64,000 bases of DNA. Origin: Spongospora subterranea f. sp. subterranea. Lineage: Eukaryota. Both the position numbers and the translations under genes were made by a program. Every line of letters begins with the position of its first letter. Within the stretch, counting starts at the first letter, position 1. The notes beneath the pieces are model-generated. The model was not told the DNA's origin, made no database searches, and saw nothing but the letters and a program-made list of their open reading frames with translations. Of the stretch, positions 35,171 to 48,282 are shown one piece after another. The stretch spans positions 1 to 64,000 of the forward strand of contig JAUGWO010000121.1 in NCBI GenBank assembly GCA_049724395.1. Direction: 5' to 3'.

Positions 35171-36505
35171 ATGATATCTAGAGTAAATAGGGCCCGGAAT
35201 AGGTCGTTGATATTCCGGTTCTCGACGGCCGAACCGGGCAAGCGCTTCTCGGACACGTCGTCGGGGAAGAAGCGGGGCGACGACGATATCGGCGCCATCT
35301 GGGACAGTATCAAACGGGAGGTGAACTCCAATGAGAGTATCGGGGACGCGATCAGCGCCATGAGGGCACAGGCTGCCAAAGCCGCTAAACTGGCCGAGGA
35401 TCCCGCCATCGCAAAATTATCCAATGGGACATCGTCCCGTATTAATGGATTGTTTCACCGTTTTCGTTCCGTGTTCTCGTCCGCATTCAACTCGGCGAAA
35501 CAGAAGTTTGAGAGCACGATCGAGGCGAATGTCAGCCCGAAGTTCGGAGCGTCAATGGACAAGGCCACGAACTCGATCAGAGAGCGGTTCTCGATCCTGA
35601 GCAAGCCGTTCAAGAAGGGGCAAGATATGGGCCAATTACTGGATGAGATTACCGGCGGGCTGTTCAGCTCTGGCCGACAGAAAGCGTATAGTCGCAGGGC
35701 TAAGAATCTGACCGCTGATAAGGCGGAAATGGCCACGAGCGATTGCCGCGAGGTCGTCAATGTGAAGGCGAAGGAAAGCGCCTGGAATCAACGGATCAGG
35801 GAAATGAGGGAGAAAGTGGAATCCACCGATATCTATAAGAAGATCGGGTCGAAAATGAGGGTGATTAAGACCCAGGCCATGAACACGGAAACATATCGGA
35901 AAGGGGTTCAGGTACACGAACGTGTCAACGACAAGATCGACGATGTTCGCGATGTGTATGAGACGACGCAGAACCCGTTGATCTGGACCGTTCGTGATGG
36001 AGCTGATCATATGTTTGGCGAATCAGATGAGGCCGCCGCCATCGCCGCCATTCGCCGATCAGATCCGCAATTCGCGTTGCCCGACTTCATCGAGGAGATG
36101 CAGCATTTTATGATCCCGGCCGTGGTCAAGGCGTTCCTTCGTGGCGATATGGAGGTTCTGCGTCAGGCGTGTGGCGGGGACGCCATGGTCTTCATGAACG
36201 CGTCCGTTCGCCAACGACTGGCGCAGAATATCCATTTCGACGAGCGCATTCTCGACATCAGCCGGGTGTCGTTCCACAGCGCGGCGATCCTGGAGACGGG
36301 CGATCCCGTCATCGTCATGACGTTCATGTGCCAGCACGTTCACTGCCATCGTGGACCGCCACCGGAATCCAGGATCGTCGAAGGATCCGATCGGGATATC
36401 CGGTCAACGTTCTACTCGTGGGCTGTCACCCGTGATCACACCAATGACGAATTTAATTGGAGAATATTGGATATCAGTATTCAAGGTATTAGGGCGTTAA
36501 TCTGA
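35171..36505 (+). CDS. TIM44: Mitochondrial import inner membrane translocase subunit TIM44
   Basis: Presequence MISRVNRARNRS...; YETTQNPLIW, FGESDEA, DPQFALPDF...IPAVVKAFLRGD, ILDISRV, PVIVMTFMCQ, IVEG, WRILD. Confidence 0.92.
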   Translation: MISRVNRARNRSLIFRFSTAEPGKRFSDTSSGKKRGDDDIGAIWDSIKREVNSNESIGDAISAMRAQAAKAAKLAEDPAIAKLSNGTSSRINGLFHRFRSVFSSAFNSAKQKFESTIEANVSPKFGASMDKATNSIRERFSILSKPFKKGQDMGQLLDEITGGLFSSGRQKAYSRRAKNLTADKAEMATSDCREVVNVKAKESAWNQRIREMREKVESTDIYKKIGSKMRVIKTQAMNTETYRKGVQVHERVNDKIDDVRDVYETTQNPLIWTVRDGADHMFGESDEAAAIAAIRRSDPQFALPDFIEEMQHFMIPAVVKAFLRGDMEVLRQACGGDAMVFMNASVRQRLAQNIHFDERILDISRVSFHSAAILETGDPVIVMTFMCQHVHCHRGPPPESRIVEGSDRDIRSTFYSWAVTRDHTNDEFNWRILDISIQGIRALI

Positions 36506-36682
36506 CCCAGTTTTCAAATCTCTTTGTCCATTTGATTTAATACAAAACACGACGACGTCCGACCAATATCTCTCTCTCTCGCTATTGCGATCGTCATAAT
36601 TAGTGGATGTGGATCATTATCGTCATTCTCCCTGGTTGGCCAGGCCCCTTCCTGAAGATGGCGCATTTTCACCCGAGGGGGG

Positions 36683-37593
36683 ATGGGGCGCCATGGAGCG
36701 AGGAGTGCAGTAGCGCCATGGGATGATCCATTATCGATCCGGTATTTGGAGGTGATGAAGGAGGCGAGTGAATTAGGTCTCGACCTGGATCGCCTGTTCC
36801 ACCCCGATCTGCCCGATCATGAACGCCTGGCGATATTCGACTGGTTCCGGGCCGTTCACCAATCGGTCAGGATCCCCATGGCCTACGCCATCCCGACGGC
36901 GGAAGCCGTGCACATCATCGGTCAGTTCTCGCCGATCGTGGAGATTGGTGCCGGCAGGTTCGCCCCAGCCGATGTATATCGTCCTCGTTCGTGGTCTGAA
37001 CCCCGACCCGGTTTCTCAGCGGATATTGGTCGCGATTGATCAGAGAACGGACCGGTTCAATCGTATTCGCCTATGATAAATCCCCTTGTTTAGGGGTTCA
37101 TCGGTGCGATCATATTCCGACAATAATCGAGTCCCACCCGGATTGCAGTCTGTTCCTGTGCTGGCCCGATCAGTCGGATATGGCGTCAACAGCGATCAAT
37201 GCGTTTGGCGGTGAGATATTCATTTATATCGGTGAGAGTATAGGGCGAACAGTTCATGGTTAGGTCGTGTTGACTGTATTATTATTGATAATGGATTATG
37301 ATGGGGATTTAGGGGATTTCTCACCAATGGGCGATGTCGCATTTCATCTCTATGTCAATCGACATTTTCATGAAGTGCTTCGCGTTCCATTGCCGAACTG
37401 GCCAGGGAATCAGGATTGTCTGTCAGTTTATAAAAGGAGTGGGGCGATTACACTGATGATGGGGGAGACGGGGAATGTTGAGACATTCCAACATGTTCCG
37501 CCGAGTGAGCGATCGGATCTGTTCACCGCTAGTGAATTAGGGTGGCGAATTCTGGATAAGACCGCTGACATGATCGCATCATCCAACACATAA
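36683..37593 (+). CDS. Conserved hypothetical SAM-methyltransferase-like protein, spliced
   Basis: YAIPTAEAV...SPIVEIGAG|.GYWS, LFLCWPD, IYIGE, LPNWPGNQDCLSVYKR. Confidence 0.6.
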
Positions 37594-38097
37594 TATATCC
37601 TCATATCATGTAATACTGGAGACAGATACTGTCGTCAAAAAGGTCATAATTTCAACATTGGTCGACACGTGATGATCAATCAAAAGTTGGGTTAGGACAG
37701 GGAGTCATGACCGATATTGCCGGGCAACATATATAGCCTGCCCGTGTGTTCTCATCCCACCATGTCAAGTGGTACAAAACAGGGACTGGTGGACACAGCC
37801 ACCGATATGTCTGTCGATGGCCAAAGCCGCCACGCCAGATTACCAGACTCTTTGGGCTGGCCATGTGGCGCCATTATTTGCCCAACGGCCCAACCCCATG
37901 ACAGTGTGTAACGGACGGAAATGAACAACGTGGTAACGTGACACGGTGTACACAGTGTCGGTCCTATAGAGAAAGCGTGCAGCGCGGCCAGCCAGCCAAC
38001 ATCATCTGGCCAGGCATCACCTCATCTAATCATCGCTTACCTAAAGTCGTCTAATCAAATCGGTTCTCTGTGATTCATAAATTTTCGTAAATCGGTG

Positions 38098-39891
38098 ATG
38101 GCTCGTAGTGGGGAAACATCCGTCGTCAATGTCCCTCTGAAGGTCGCAGACCCAGTCGTGTATGACATTTTACAGCACGAGATGAGGCGCCAATACGAAG
38201 GTCTTGAACTGATTGCGTCGGAGGTAATTAATGCTGAAGATAGCGGGTTTCCTTATTCTGAATCAAATGTAAGAATTTCACCTCACAAGCTGTAATGGAA
38301 GCTTGTGGAAGTGCATTCACCAACAAATATTCGGAAGGACTACCAGGAGCACGTTATTGTAATTCATCTTGACTTTTTTGTGAGGGCCTGGCCAATGAAT
38401 GATTTTTTGCAGACGGCGGTAATGAGTATATCGACCAACTTGAAACCTTAACTCAGCAACGTGCGCTTGCCGCATTCAACTTGAACCCGGAAGTCTGGGG
38501 CGTTAATGTGCAATCGTATTCCGGATCCACAGCGAATTTCTCGGCCTTTACTGCTGTCCTAGAACCAAATGATCGGTATCAACGGTTGAATAACTGTATC
38601 GACTCACTGTTAATCTGGTTGTTCAGGTTCATGGGGTTGGATCTACCTTCCGGTGGGCATTTATCACATGGATTTTACCGAGGACACCGAAAGATCAACT
38701 GCTCTTCCGTATATTTCACGTCTCTTCCTTACAAAGTAAATCCATTGTACTGTCTGTCGTCCGTTCACCGAGTTTGATGTTGATCAAAGGTGAGTGCATC
38801 AACAGGGCTGATCGATTACGACGCCCTTGAAGAAACGGCTGCCTTATTTAGCCCGAAAATGATCGTGGCAGGAGGAAGTGCATACCCACGAGAATGGGAT
38901 TACGCTCGTATGCGCTCCATTGCCGATGCTAATGACGCGCTTCTTTTGACGGATATGGCTCATATTAGCGGATTGGTATCCTTATCTGGCATCACTGTTT
39001 CCTTAGTTTGTAATCTTCTTCTTCCTAGGTTGCAGCTGGAGCTGTTGACTCCCCTTTCAACAGTTCACATATCGTCACAACGACCACCCATAAAAGTCTC
39101 CGGGGACCTCGCGCCGCCTTGATATTCTACCGCAAAGACAAACAACTGGTTCGTATTTTTTGTGGCATTGGGTCCTGTGCTATATCTGACTTGAATATAG
39201 AACTTGGAGCGGAGGATCAACTCTGCCGTTTTCCCAGGCTGTCAAGGGGGCCCGCATAATCATGCCATAGCTGGCGTTTGCGTCCAGCTTGGAGAAGTTG
39301 TCTCTCCAGAATTCAAGTCGTACGCGTTCCAGGTATTTGTACGTTTTTCTATCACGATATATTTCTGATTTACGCGCTGTAGGTTGTTGCCAATGCACGC
39401 GCTTTAGCTGCCAAGCTAATCAATTTTGGGTACTCGATTGTTTCCGGCGGCACAGATAACCATCTTCTGCTTTGGGACATTCGTCCACAAGGCTTAACCG
39501 GGAGCAAGGTTGAGCATCTATGCGATCTTGTTGGTATCACGCTCAACAAGAACAGGTATATAGTCGTTCATTCACGGATTCTTCTGATTTTGAGTACTTC
39601 AGTGTATTTGGTGATGCATCTGCAATGTCGCCAGGCGGTGTCCGCATTGGCACACCGGCATTGACATCGCGTGGTCTAGTGGAATCTGATTTCGAAACGA
39701 TTGGTGAGTTTCTAAACCAAGCTGTCAAAATGTGCTTGAAAATCCAGGATCGAGCCGGCTGCAAAGGAATCAAAGAGTTCAAGGCTGGAGTTCAGGCTGA
39801 ATCTAAAGCGGTTGACGCGCTTCGCGAGACAGTTAAGGCCTTCGCTCGTTCGTTTCCAATGAAAGGCTTCAACGGTGACGATCTTCAATGA
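38098..39891 (+). CDS. SHMT: Serine hydroxymethyltransferase (probably cytosolic), multi-exon
   Basis: [81 protein letters not shown]. Confidence 0.97.
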
Positions 39892-40180
39892 TGCTCGGTG
39901 AATGATTCATGGCACTGGGGCTTATCATTTGTATGTTTTTTAATACATCATTATCGAAACCGGTATCTTTTTTTTAGCAAGTTATCTCTGGATATTATTG
40001 CGATTGTTGCTCTCTTCAAAGCGTATCAACGATTGTAATGGGAGAGACTACCTCATGTAAAAAAATTGGCCGATGGACTGCAAATACATGTACACATTAC
40101 ATGCAAAAATTTTTTTTGTCATACAGATCACCAGCATCAAGCATCCTTGGTATTTGTTAATAAATTATATTCTGTTATTA

Positions 40181-43100
40181 TTATTTTGTGAGTTTAGTCT
40201 GACAATCAGGCCACAAACGCATCTTCTCTGCCGGTTTTAGCACTCCAGCGGTAATCCTCGACTCTTGGTTGGGAATATCTGTCACTAAATGGGTACTAAT
40301 TTCCCGATCACGTATCTTCAGCACTTTGTAATCCTCAAACTTGAACCCATCTTCGTTGCTAAGTGTCCTGCCACCATTTACTCAATAAAGTGAAAAAAGT
40401 CAACTATTTCCATAATACTCATAAGTTGGCCCGCTGACTACAATGCGTCGGGCCTTTCCTTCTTGTTCGATTTTATTGGCGATTAGTGCGTCTCGTCCCC
40501 AAATATCGAACCTGAGTCGATGCGAACCGATAACGCCAGCAATAATTTTCCCTGTATGGATTCCAATACGTAATTGCAGGATGTTCCCAGTGCTGCTAGG
40601 TATCCTGAGAATTTCTTGAAGCATCATTCCTCCTGCAATGACGGTTTGCTTAGCGTTTTTGATTATGGATTTTTTGTCAGTCTCCGAGGAGCTTGCTCCA
40701 TCAAGGGGTTCTGTTAACCCTCCAACAATCACATATGCGTCCCCTATAGTCTGAACTTTGCAAAGGCCACAGTTTGCGACAATATCATCAAATTGGCCAA
40801 ACAGTACGGATAGCAGCGATATGACTTCAATAGGCGACACCTTTGAGGAGAACTTCGTAAATTCAACTATGTCGGAATACAGGATCGTCACGGATTGCCA
40901 TTCCCGGAACAAGCAAGGCTCCTCACGTTGGAGCAAAGAAACAACATCTAAGACAAAAGTTATCACTATGACAATTTGCAAAGATAGAAATTACGGCTGG
41001 GGAGCAATCGCGTCAAGAGGTTGTATGACTTGATCCTTTCTCTCTCAAGTTGGTAGTTGTTGATGAAAGTTCTGCACATAGAGGTCTCTAAGGAAAACGC
41101 TGCTAGAATATTGATCGCTGTACATCCGCCGACGGTCAATAGAGAAACGATCAAATTGATCCCTGGGTCGACGCTTAGCATGAACAGCAACACAAATGCC
41201 AGCAATAAAATAACTACGAGAACTGCGATTTGGTAAAATAATAGTACTCCGGAATTGGAAGCGATTACAAACAAGAGGCACATCCTAATGGCTTGCCCGT
41301 TGAATAAGTAATTGTGATACATTAAAATTTGAAATGCCAATTCGCCAAAGACTGCTATAACAAAGCAACTGGAGAAGACGAGGCGAGAAAGGCGTATATT
41401 GAAGATTCGTAGTCCAGCACCGCACGCAAGACAAAACGCTGATGAGAATATGTGCATAAAGAAAAGCCTGGACATCGGCCCTGTTTTAATGTCCGAAGTG
41501 AAAGTATACTGCAAAACTGGAAAGATGAACATGAATACCAAGACGAAATGGAAGTTCTTCAGTCCGATTTCCCCTTGTTCTTCCAGAAAACGGGGCATCA
41601 AACCAATGGGAATATTCGCCGTTGGGAGAAGCATCTTCAGGGAATCGAACTCAGGTCGTGATAGGGAATCTATTTCGACGTTCATGATATCTGCCATCAC
41701 CTCATCCAATCTTTGAAAGGATGATGCAGAGGAGACGTGGGAACCTTGATCGTTTGGTTTGGGTAATGTGCTGTCGGTGATTTGATGCAACAGAAGTAAT
41801 CCGGAATTAGACTCGAGCCTATCCTTTATGCTATGAATGGCCATCTGCCCTTTTCCCTTGATAAATGCCTCCCGATGATCCCATATATAGAACTGCCACG
41901 TCAAGTCGTAAGTTTCCTGAGAGACGGCAATATCGCCAACAACTGCACTTGAGCACATGCGACTCGCTGTTGTAACGAGAGTCAGATTCGGGACATGAGG
42001 ATGGAGAGACCGTGCAATGATTACCTGTATTAACGGTGTCCCCAAATAATGATAGGGTTGGACGGCTATTGGAAATGATACCAGTCATTACTTCACCGGT
42101 GTGGATACCGATTTTGATGCCGCCAGGGAACAGGTCATGGAAATACGGGCCTCGGGATAGCGCCATCACGCGAAGCGATAGCTCGGTTATGGCGACAGCG
42201 CTGGATATGCTACAAGCCATGAAAACATTCCCCACCGTCTCAACCTTGTAGACGTTTTCAGCAGCGCACAGATCGTCAACCGTTGAATAAAAGCTGTCTA
42301 GGTTCTCGACTAACGAAGCGGCTGATGAAGAGTTTTCTACAATGTCATCGAACCCAACCAACGAAACGAACATGATCGTTACGCACGGCTCCATTCTCGC
42401 CATTATATCATTATTTTCGAGTTTCTGCAAACCCCATTCTTTCAAGACAATGGACGGAAACATTTTCGATAGCAGCGTTTCATTCCAATCAAGTTCTCGT
42501 TTCAAAGTTACAAAATTGGCAAAGTCGTCTCGGAGCCACTTTTCCAGCATGTAGCCGAATGTGAATGGAACTGCAGCAACGTTCAAATTCATGTTGCATA
42601 GTGTGAAAAGGTAACCATATCCTACCTGAAAAAAATATGATATAGCCGATGTCAAACAGGAAAATACTTTCGACGGTGAAGTCCTTTGCAGTTGCGAAAA
42701 CTACAGCATTATAGATGAGGAAATCCCACATGCATAGAACCAACGCAATTGGCAGCCGCAAACGAAGAAGAAGAAATACGGCAAACGCAAATAAAGCGGT
42801 TCCGAAACGACCGTTAACTGTAATACTGAGATTCTTGCTTACGCTGGCTACGATGGCGATGTATGGCATCCAGCGCAAAATTAGGACAGCTGCGCGTTTG
42901 GTCTTGCATTTCCACACGTATATTATGACTAGCATAATGGCCAATCCAGCAGCTAAATTGATTAGGGACCAAATTTGCCCTCCGATAATGAAAGCGTAAA
43001 TATTGTACAGAGACGTAAATATCAATATGGAAATAATTCCGCGGATCGTCATCGGCGCTAGTTCGTAAAGCATGCTTTCGCGGAAATATTTTTCAATGGC

Positions 43101-46100
43101 GTCAGATTCAGAAAAAGTCAACAACATGGAACGCCGCTGACCAACAGTTTTAGGAGGCAATCGGGTTAGATCTGCCTGAGTTTTTGGAAAACAGTTTTTT
43201 CCATAAAGCTGATCGCTATCAGAAACTGATGAGATAAGTATTCGACGTTGGAATGTAGACAGGCAATGGTCGGCAGCAGAGTGGAAAAACTTGAAGGACT
43301 TGTGCAAAAAGGAGATGATTTCATTTCCACACAACGGAAGAATGGTACATGCGGCTGAGGCTGCCATGATTGTCAGCCAGATACTTGGGTCGCATAATAT
43401 CACCAACATCGGGAAATCATAAAAACAGGCGAACAAAAACCAGGATAGGAAACTAGCATGAATGGCGGCCACTAATTGCCAGTTGATATGGTTTGCTATC
43501 AGCAATACTTTGCAATTGACAATGATAATTAGACAGAGATGCATGATTAAACCAAGACTCTCAACATCGCTATATTGGGCCTGATGAGCTTTTGACACAA
43601 AAAAGAATATAATTGTGCCATCCATAATTGCCAAAACCAGCATTTTAGCAATATTGACGGCACTAAATTTTGAGGCCAGCTGCCCTTGAGGATGAAACTC
43701 CCCAGCCTTTGCCAACAGAACAGAATCAGGAATGTTTTTTTCCATGACAGCAAGCCACAGAATTGGAAATCCCGATAGCAAACTATTGAAGAATTTTGTT
43801 TGCCACAACGGAAAAATGGATGAAGCAGAAAACTGATTATAGAATTCATAGAGAAACGCCATGGTAACCAGACTGAGGTTCTTGTAGAAACAATAAAAGA
43901 TTAATGTTGAAAAATTATGGAATGCTCGGTGGCCATAAATCAGGACCAATTTCTCCAAATGCTCGAATTGACCAATCTCAATGTCGCTAACTAGACTGGC
44001 TTCAAACTGCGATCCAACCGATACTCCGATATCGGCTGCAGAAAGCATATTCATATCATTAGCACCATTTCCGACCGCCATGATCAATTTTCGGCGAAAA
44101 TTTCCAGAATTAACTGTTATCACTAACGCTGCTTTGAGCATAGGGGTAAACTCTGTTGCAACAACAGCATCACATTCCTGCAAAAGCCCGGCGAACAGCA
44201 AGGTTAACCCTTTATCAGCCAAGATGTAAGAAAAACAATCTCCGTCAATAACCAATGCGACTTGATGACGTTGCCCTAAAGTTTGATCTAAATTTCTGGA
44301 ACAAAGCCGCATTAGCATCATCTGGGTCTGTTTACGGTTCAAACTAGCAATCTGAATGAGATGACTATCCTCGTCTAACACTCCGGCCTTCCTACAAATC
44401 GACAAAGAGGGCTCTAATAAGTCTCCGGTGGCCACCCAAACCTTGATATTGGCTTGACGCAAAGCAATAATCGTTGAACATGCACGGTCATACATGGTAT
44501 CTTCTATCGCCAATGCGCTCACGAAAACGAGATTCGAATCGACAAGCGATGTTGTCTGAGTTTCTAAAGCACGATCTTCTGAAATGGAAAGCTTTTCGTC
44601 CTGAAAGAGCAGCTCATGACACTCTTTATCAGTCAACAGTCTTTTCACGACTATGAATACACGTGAGCAAAAGGACGATAACCGCTCCGCATGAACAATG
44701 ATGTCGACATTCTGCGGATGGTGATTGGCTTTACTAGCGAACGCTGCAACTGGCCCTTTTGCCAGAACTAAAACCTGACCGGATTTTTCTTGTATAACCG
44801 CGGTTGCAATCTGGAGGGTTCTCTCGGGTTGAGCATGTTGAATAAATTTATAGGTCCGAACACGGCCGCGTCCTTCAATGACGACCAGGTTATTGATGAG
44901 CTTCAGAATTTTATACCCTAGACTGTTGGCGACACTGGTAATATAATTATCATCAGAGCGCTCATGGGTGATATCACCACCGCTGAAAGATAGATTACAT
45001 GTAAGCATCCCTAAAAGCATATAGTGTAGATCAGAGTCATGTGCATCTGAGATAACCCTTTTCTGCAATTCAGCGTAGCTCTGATATTCGAAACCTAAGC
45101 TCGACAGCCCTTGCACATTGTTCCATGTTCTTTCAGTAGACATATAAATTGTATCCTTTACGGCACAGAACCGCAGAATTTTCTTCCCATCCGTTATTGT
45201 TCCGGTCTTGTTCGTTATCATGAGATCTACCATCCCAAGCTCAGCATGGTGTGCTGAACATTTAATATGAGATGCGCCTTTCATCACGTCATGTAAGTCT
45301 TTGTCTCGTTGGATTATCCAAGTCATCGATATTTGAGCGAACGTCAATGTGATGTATAATGAAAGGGGGATAGCTGTGCTGAACTGAATGAGAAGTAGAC
45401 ACCAGGATGTGATCAGCTGATCCACCCGCTGATCTAAGTTCGTCGGAATATACCAAGCATTATACCCTCCAAATTCACGAATTTCCATGCTTCTGCCGAT
45501 TGCAGCAACGATCAATGAAATGACCAACAGGGAAACCCCAACAACATGTAGAATACGTTTCGTGAGATGATTAAAAACTAATCCTTTCTCAGATGGAATC
45601 ACCCAATCTTTCCAAATACTTGTGCGACGTCCGACAAAAATTGCTAAACCGTACACCCATTCATTTCCTATTCTACAAGAAAGAAAAGAAGATTAGCAAG
45701 CCAAGGCGAGATACTTCAATTATGTTTGCAACTGACATTGTGCAACCTCGGAAAAGAAGATTGTTTTGCTGGATAGGAACAGTCTGGTTGTACTCACTGA
45801 GAAAAATAACCCCATCGATTGGACGATCAGTATTATGGCGGCATCTTATAGTGCAATGACCACATAAGTCGCTTAATTGGTCAGCCGACTCGCTAACGAG
45901 CGACAAAGACCCAGACATCACCTGGACTTTTCGAGATATAAACGATGCTCCATTGATATTTGACGTGTCGACGCTACATTCCTTTGAATTTCCTCCAACT
46001 GCAAGGAGAACTAGGTCTGCCGGAACCGTGCATCCCGGTTTGATTCGAATAATTTCGCCAACAATAATTTCGCCTGACGGTATCGAAACCCATTTACGCT

Positions 46101-46788
46101 GCCTTAAAACGCTGCAAGACATGCAATTCATCTGATTGACTGTTTTCTTAGACTGATAGTGTAGATAGAAGTCATGAGCGCATTGTATGGTTAGGAGCGA
46201 CATGAGCGTCGAAAACGTGGTAAATCTCTCCAGTGAATCAAACATGAAAAATTCGATTAAAGAGATCGTGAAGAAATACATAGTTGTTACTTTGCCGAAG
46301 TGAGTTTGAAATATTCGAGAAGCGATATCCCTCCAAGTATGCATGTCAATGCGATTCGTGGAGCGGAATACATTCTTCCTGGGTGGACCGCCAATTCTGA
46401 TTTGCCGTACTATATCTTTTGATCGAACAAAATGATCACTAATCAATGCCTCTTGTGCAAAATTCCATCCCAGCTTAAAAATATCCCTTTGCCCCGTATC
46501 CAGTGAATTGGCATGGCTGTCGTCTGGATAATCCTCATTATCTCCTAAATTGTTATGCCGAGGAAGAAATCGTGACACCGATTTCAGATACGACTTTGCG
46601 CCATAATGTGAATCCGTTGAACTCTCGGCAATCGACTGCGAGAACTGTGAGAAAGTTTCATCGTCTGCCCTTTCTTCCTGGCTAGAGAAGTCTTGGTATT
46701 TAGGAAAAGCGTATCGCTTGGATGGTGGGGAGCGACGAGGATGTGGAGTGACTAATTGACTGACCGCATCAGCGCTAGAACGGGACAT
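40181..46788 (-). CDS. P4-ATPase-like domain fused to a membrane guanylyl cyclase (two class III cyclase domains)
   Basis: P4 motifs VPADLVLL, IPLSLY, ELGMVD...NKTGTIT, IKVWVATGD, AVGNGANDMNMLSAADIGV, YCFYKN. Then TM bundle, cyclase 1 (YKVETVG, GIHTG, LFGDTVNT|ASRM), TM bundle, cyclase 2 (YSDIVEFT, KVQTIGDAY, FDIWG). Short introns near 45680-45735, 41970-42025, 40950-40995 and 40370-40420; frame break near 42630. An upstream exon is possible. Confidence 0.9.
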
Positions 46789-46929
46789 CACCTAGAGGAA
46801 GAGACCTTCTATCGTTTGGGATGTACCGCAGCTGCAATAGGGACATTGGAATTGAGACGGCTTTGATATGGAGAGACACAGAACACGTACCACTGTATTG
46901 ACAGACAGCAGATAATGTATTGCAGGGAA

Positions 46930-46956
46930 CAGTTACACGGGGAACCCGTGTAACTG
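46930..46956. other. Perfect hairpin, 12-bp stem and 3-nt loop
   Basis: CAGTTACACGGG-GAA-CCCGTGTAACTG upstream of the cyclase gene. Confidence 0.8.
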
Positions 46957-48282
46957 ACTGTAACTTTGTTGTAATTGTTACCTAAATTACTACAGTTGGG
47001 GGACTGTTGCCATTCTGTACTGGTAACAGGTTACCGATCGAACAGTGAACAGAATCACACTAGAATCACTAAGGGGTGTGTGAGCTGGTGTGTCGTACAG
47101 TACCCTTGTACTGAAACTGCATGACGCCACAGCTGCAGTTGAGGGGAGGGAATCAGCGACAATGACAAGACGAGTTAGGGGAGCACGGTGACAACAAAAT
47201 TACGAGGTACAATTGCAGGCTACGATGCTTTCGCCGCATTTACATAACTCAAGTACGCCACTCTTCTGAACATAATCATCTGCCAGGAATAGGTGCTCGT
47301 AGTGTCAACCTTCCCGTTTACGAAGAAAGAGAATGCCGTTGGTAATGCCATACTGCGGTATCATATTGTTCCTGAGATAACAAAAGAACAGACAGATTTG
47401 GGTTTCAGGCCCATTTGATCGCGGAGACTGCATGCATTCTCCTCAGCGATCCAGTTAAAAAAAAATCGAATCGTGTTATTGACACGATTGCAGGATGCGA
47501 TTTGAGGCCTCCTAACCAACTCCATTCAAAGCAATGCCTCAAATCTTCATCTGACAGCGGCTAAAACCGTATGATAAACGGGGAAATGTACTTGAGCGAC
47601 TGGTGTGGCAATTTAATGAGACATCATCTGCCGGAATTGTGCTGTCAACTTTGTGGGAGGAAGACCTGCTCTATGAGAGTGCATACTCGCGTGAGAACGG
47701 CGAGGAAACTCGAAAAAGAACGGTCGGATAGCGCAATAGATCTACCACAAGAACGAGACTGAAATTATGTGATAAAACCGAATAAAATCCAATTGCACTT
47801 CATTGAATCCCTGGTTGTGTTTGTAAATGCAGGTACTGTTCCTACTATGTGTCTGCCACGCTCCTTATCTCTTTGAGCTCGTCTCTTTCACGATATGATC
47901 AAACCTGTATAATTATCCCTCCACATTGATACGAACCGTTGATTCGTTAAACTATCAAAACACGATGCAAACAGAAAACAACGATTGGGTTACGATTACA
48001 CAAGGATTTGTTTGAATCAGGACAACACTATTTCATTGTAAAACGAAACCAAGTTCAACAGTTTGACAGGACAAGGGGAGGGTATCCCGACAGCATTCGC
48101 TTGAGGAAGGGTACTGAATATTACCATAAGGCGAAAACCAACCCTTTCGGCCTCGTATCCGATTTGTCAATTTAACCCAGTAATTCCTCAGCGACGAGTA
48201 AAAGACCAGCCCCAGTGCTGACACCGGTGTTGAAATAGATCACAAATTACTGGATTATTTACTGAGACATAACCCGGGCACA

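Noticed and set aside
30616..39891. Mitochondrial/metabolic gene cluster (MCCC1, TIM44, SHMT)
   Set aside because: No shared pathway; SHMT lacks an obvious presequence; adjacency is expected in a compact genome.
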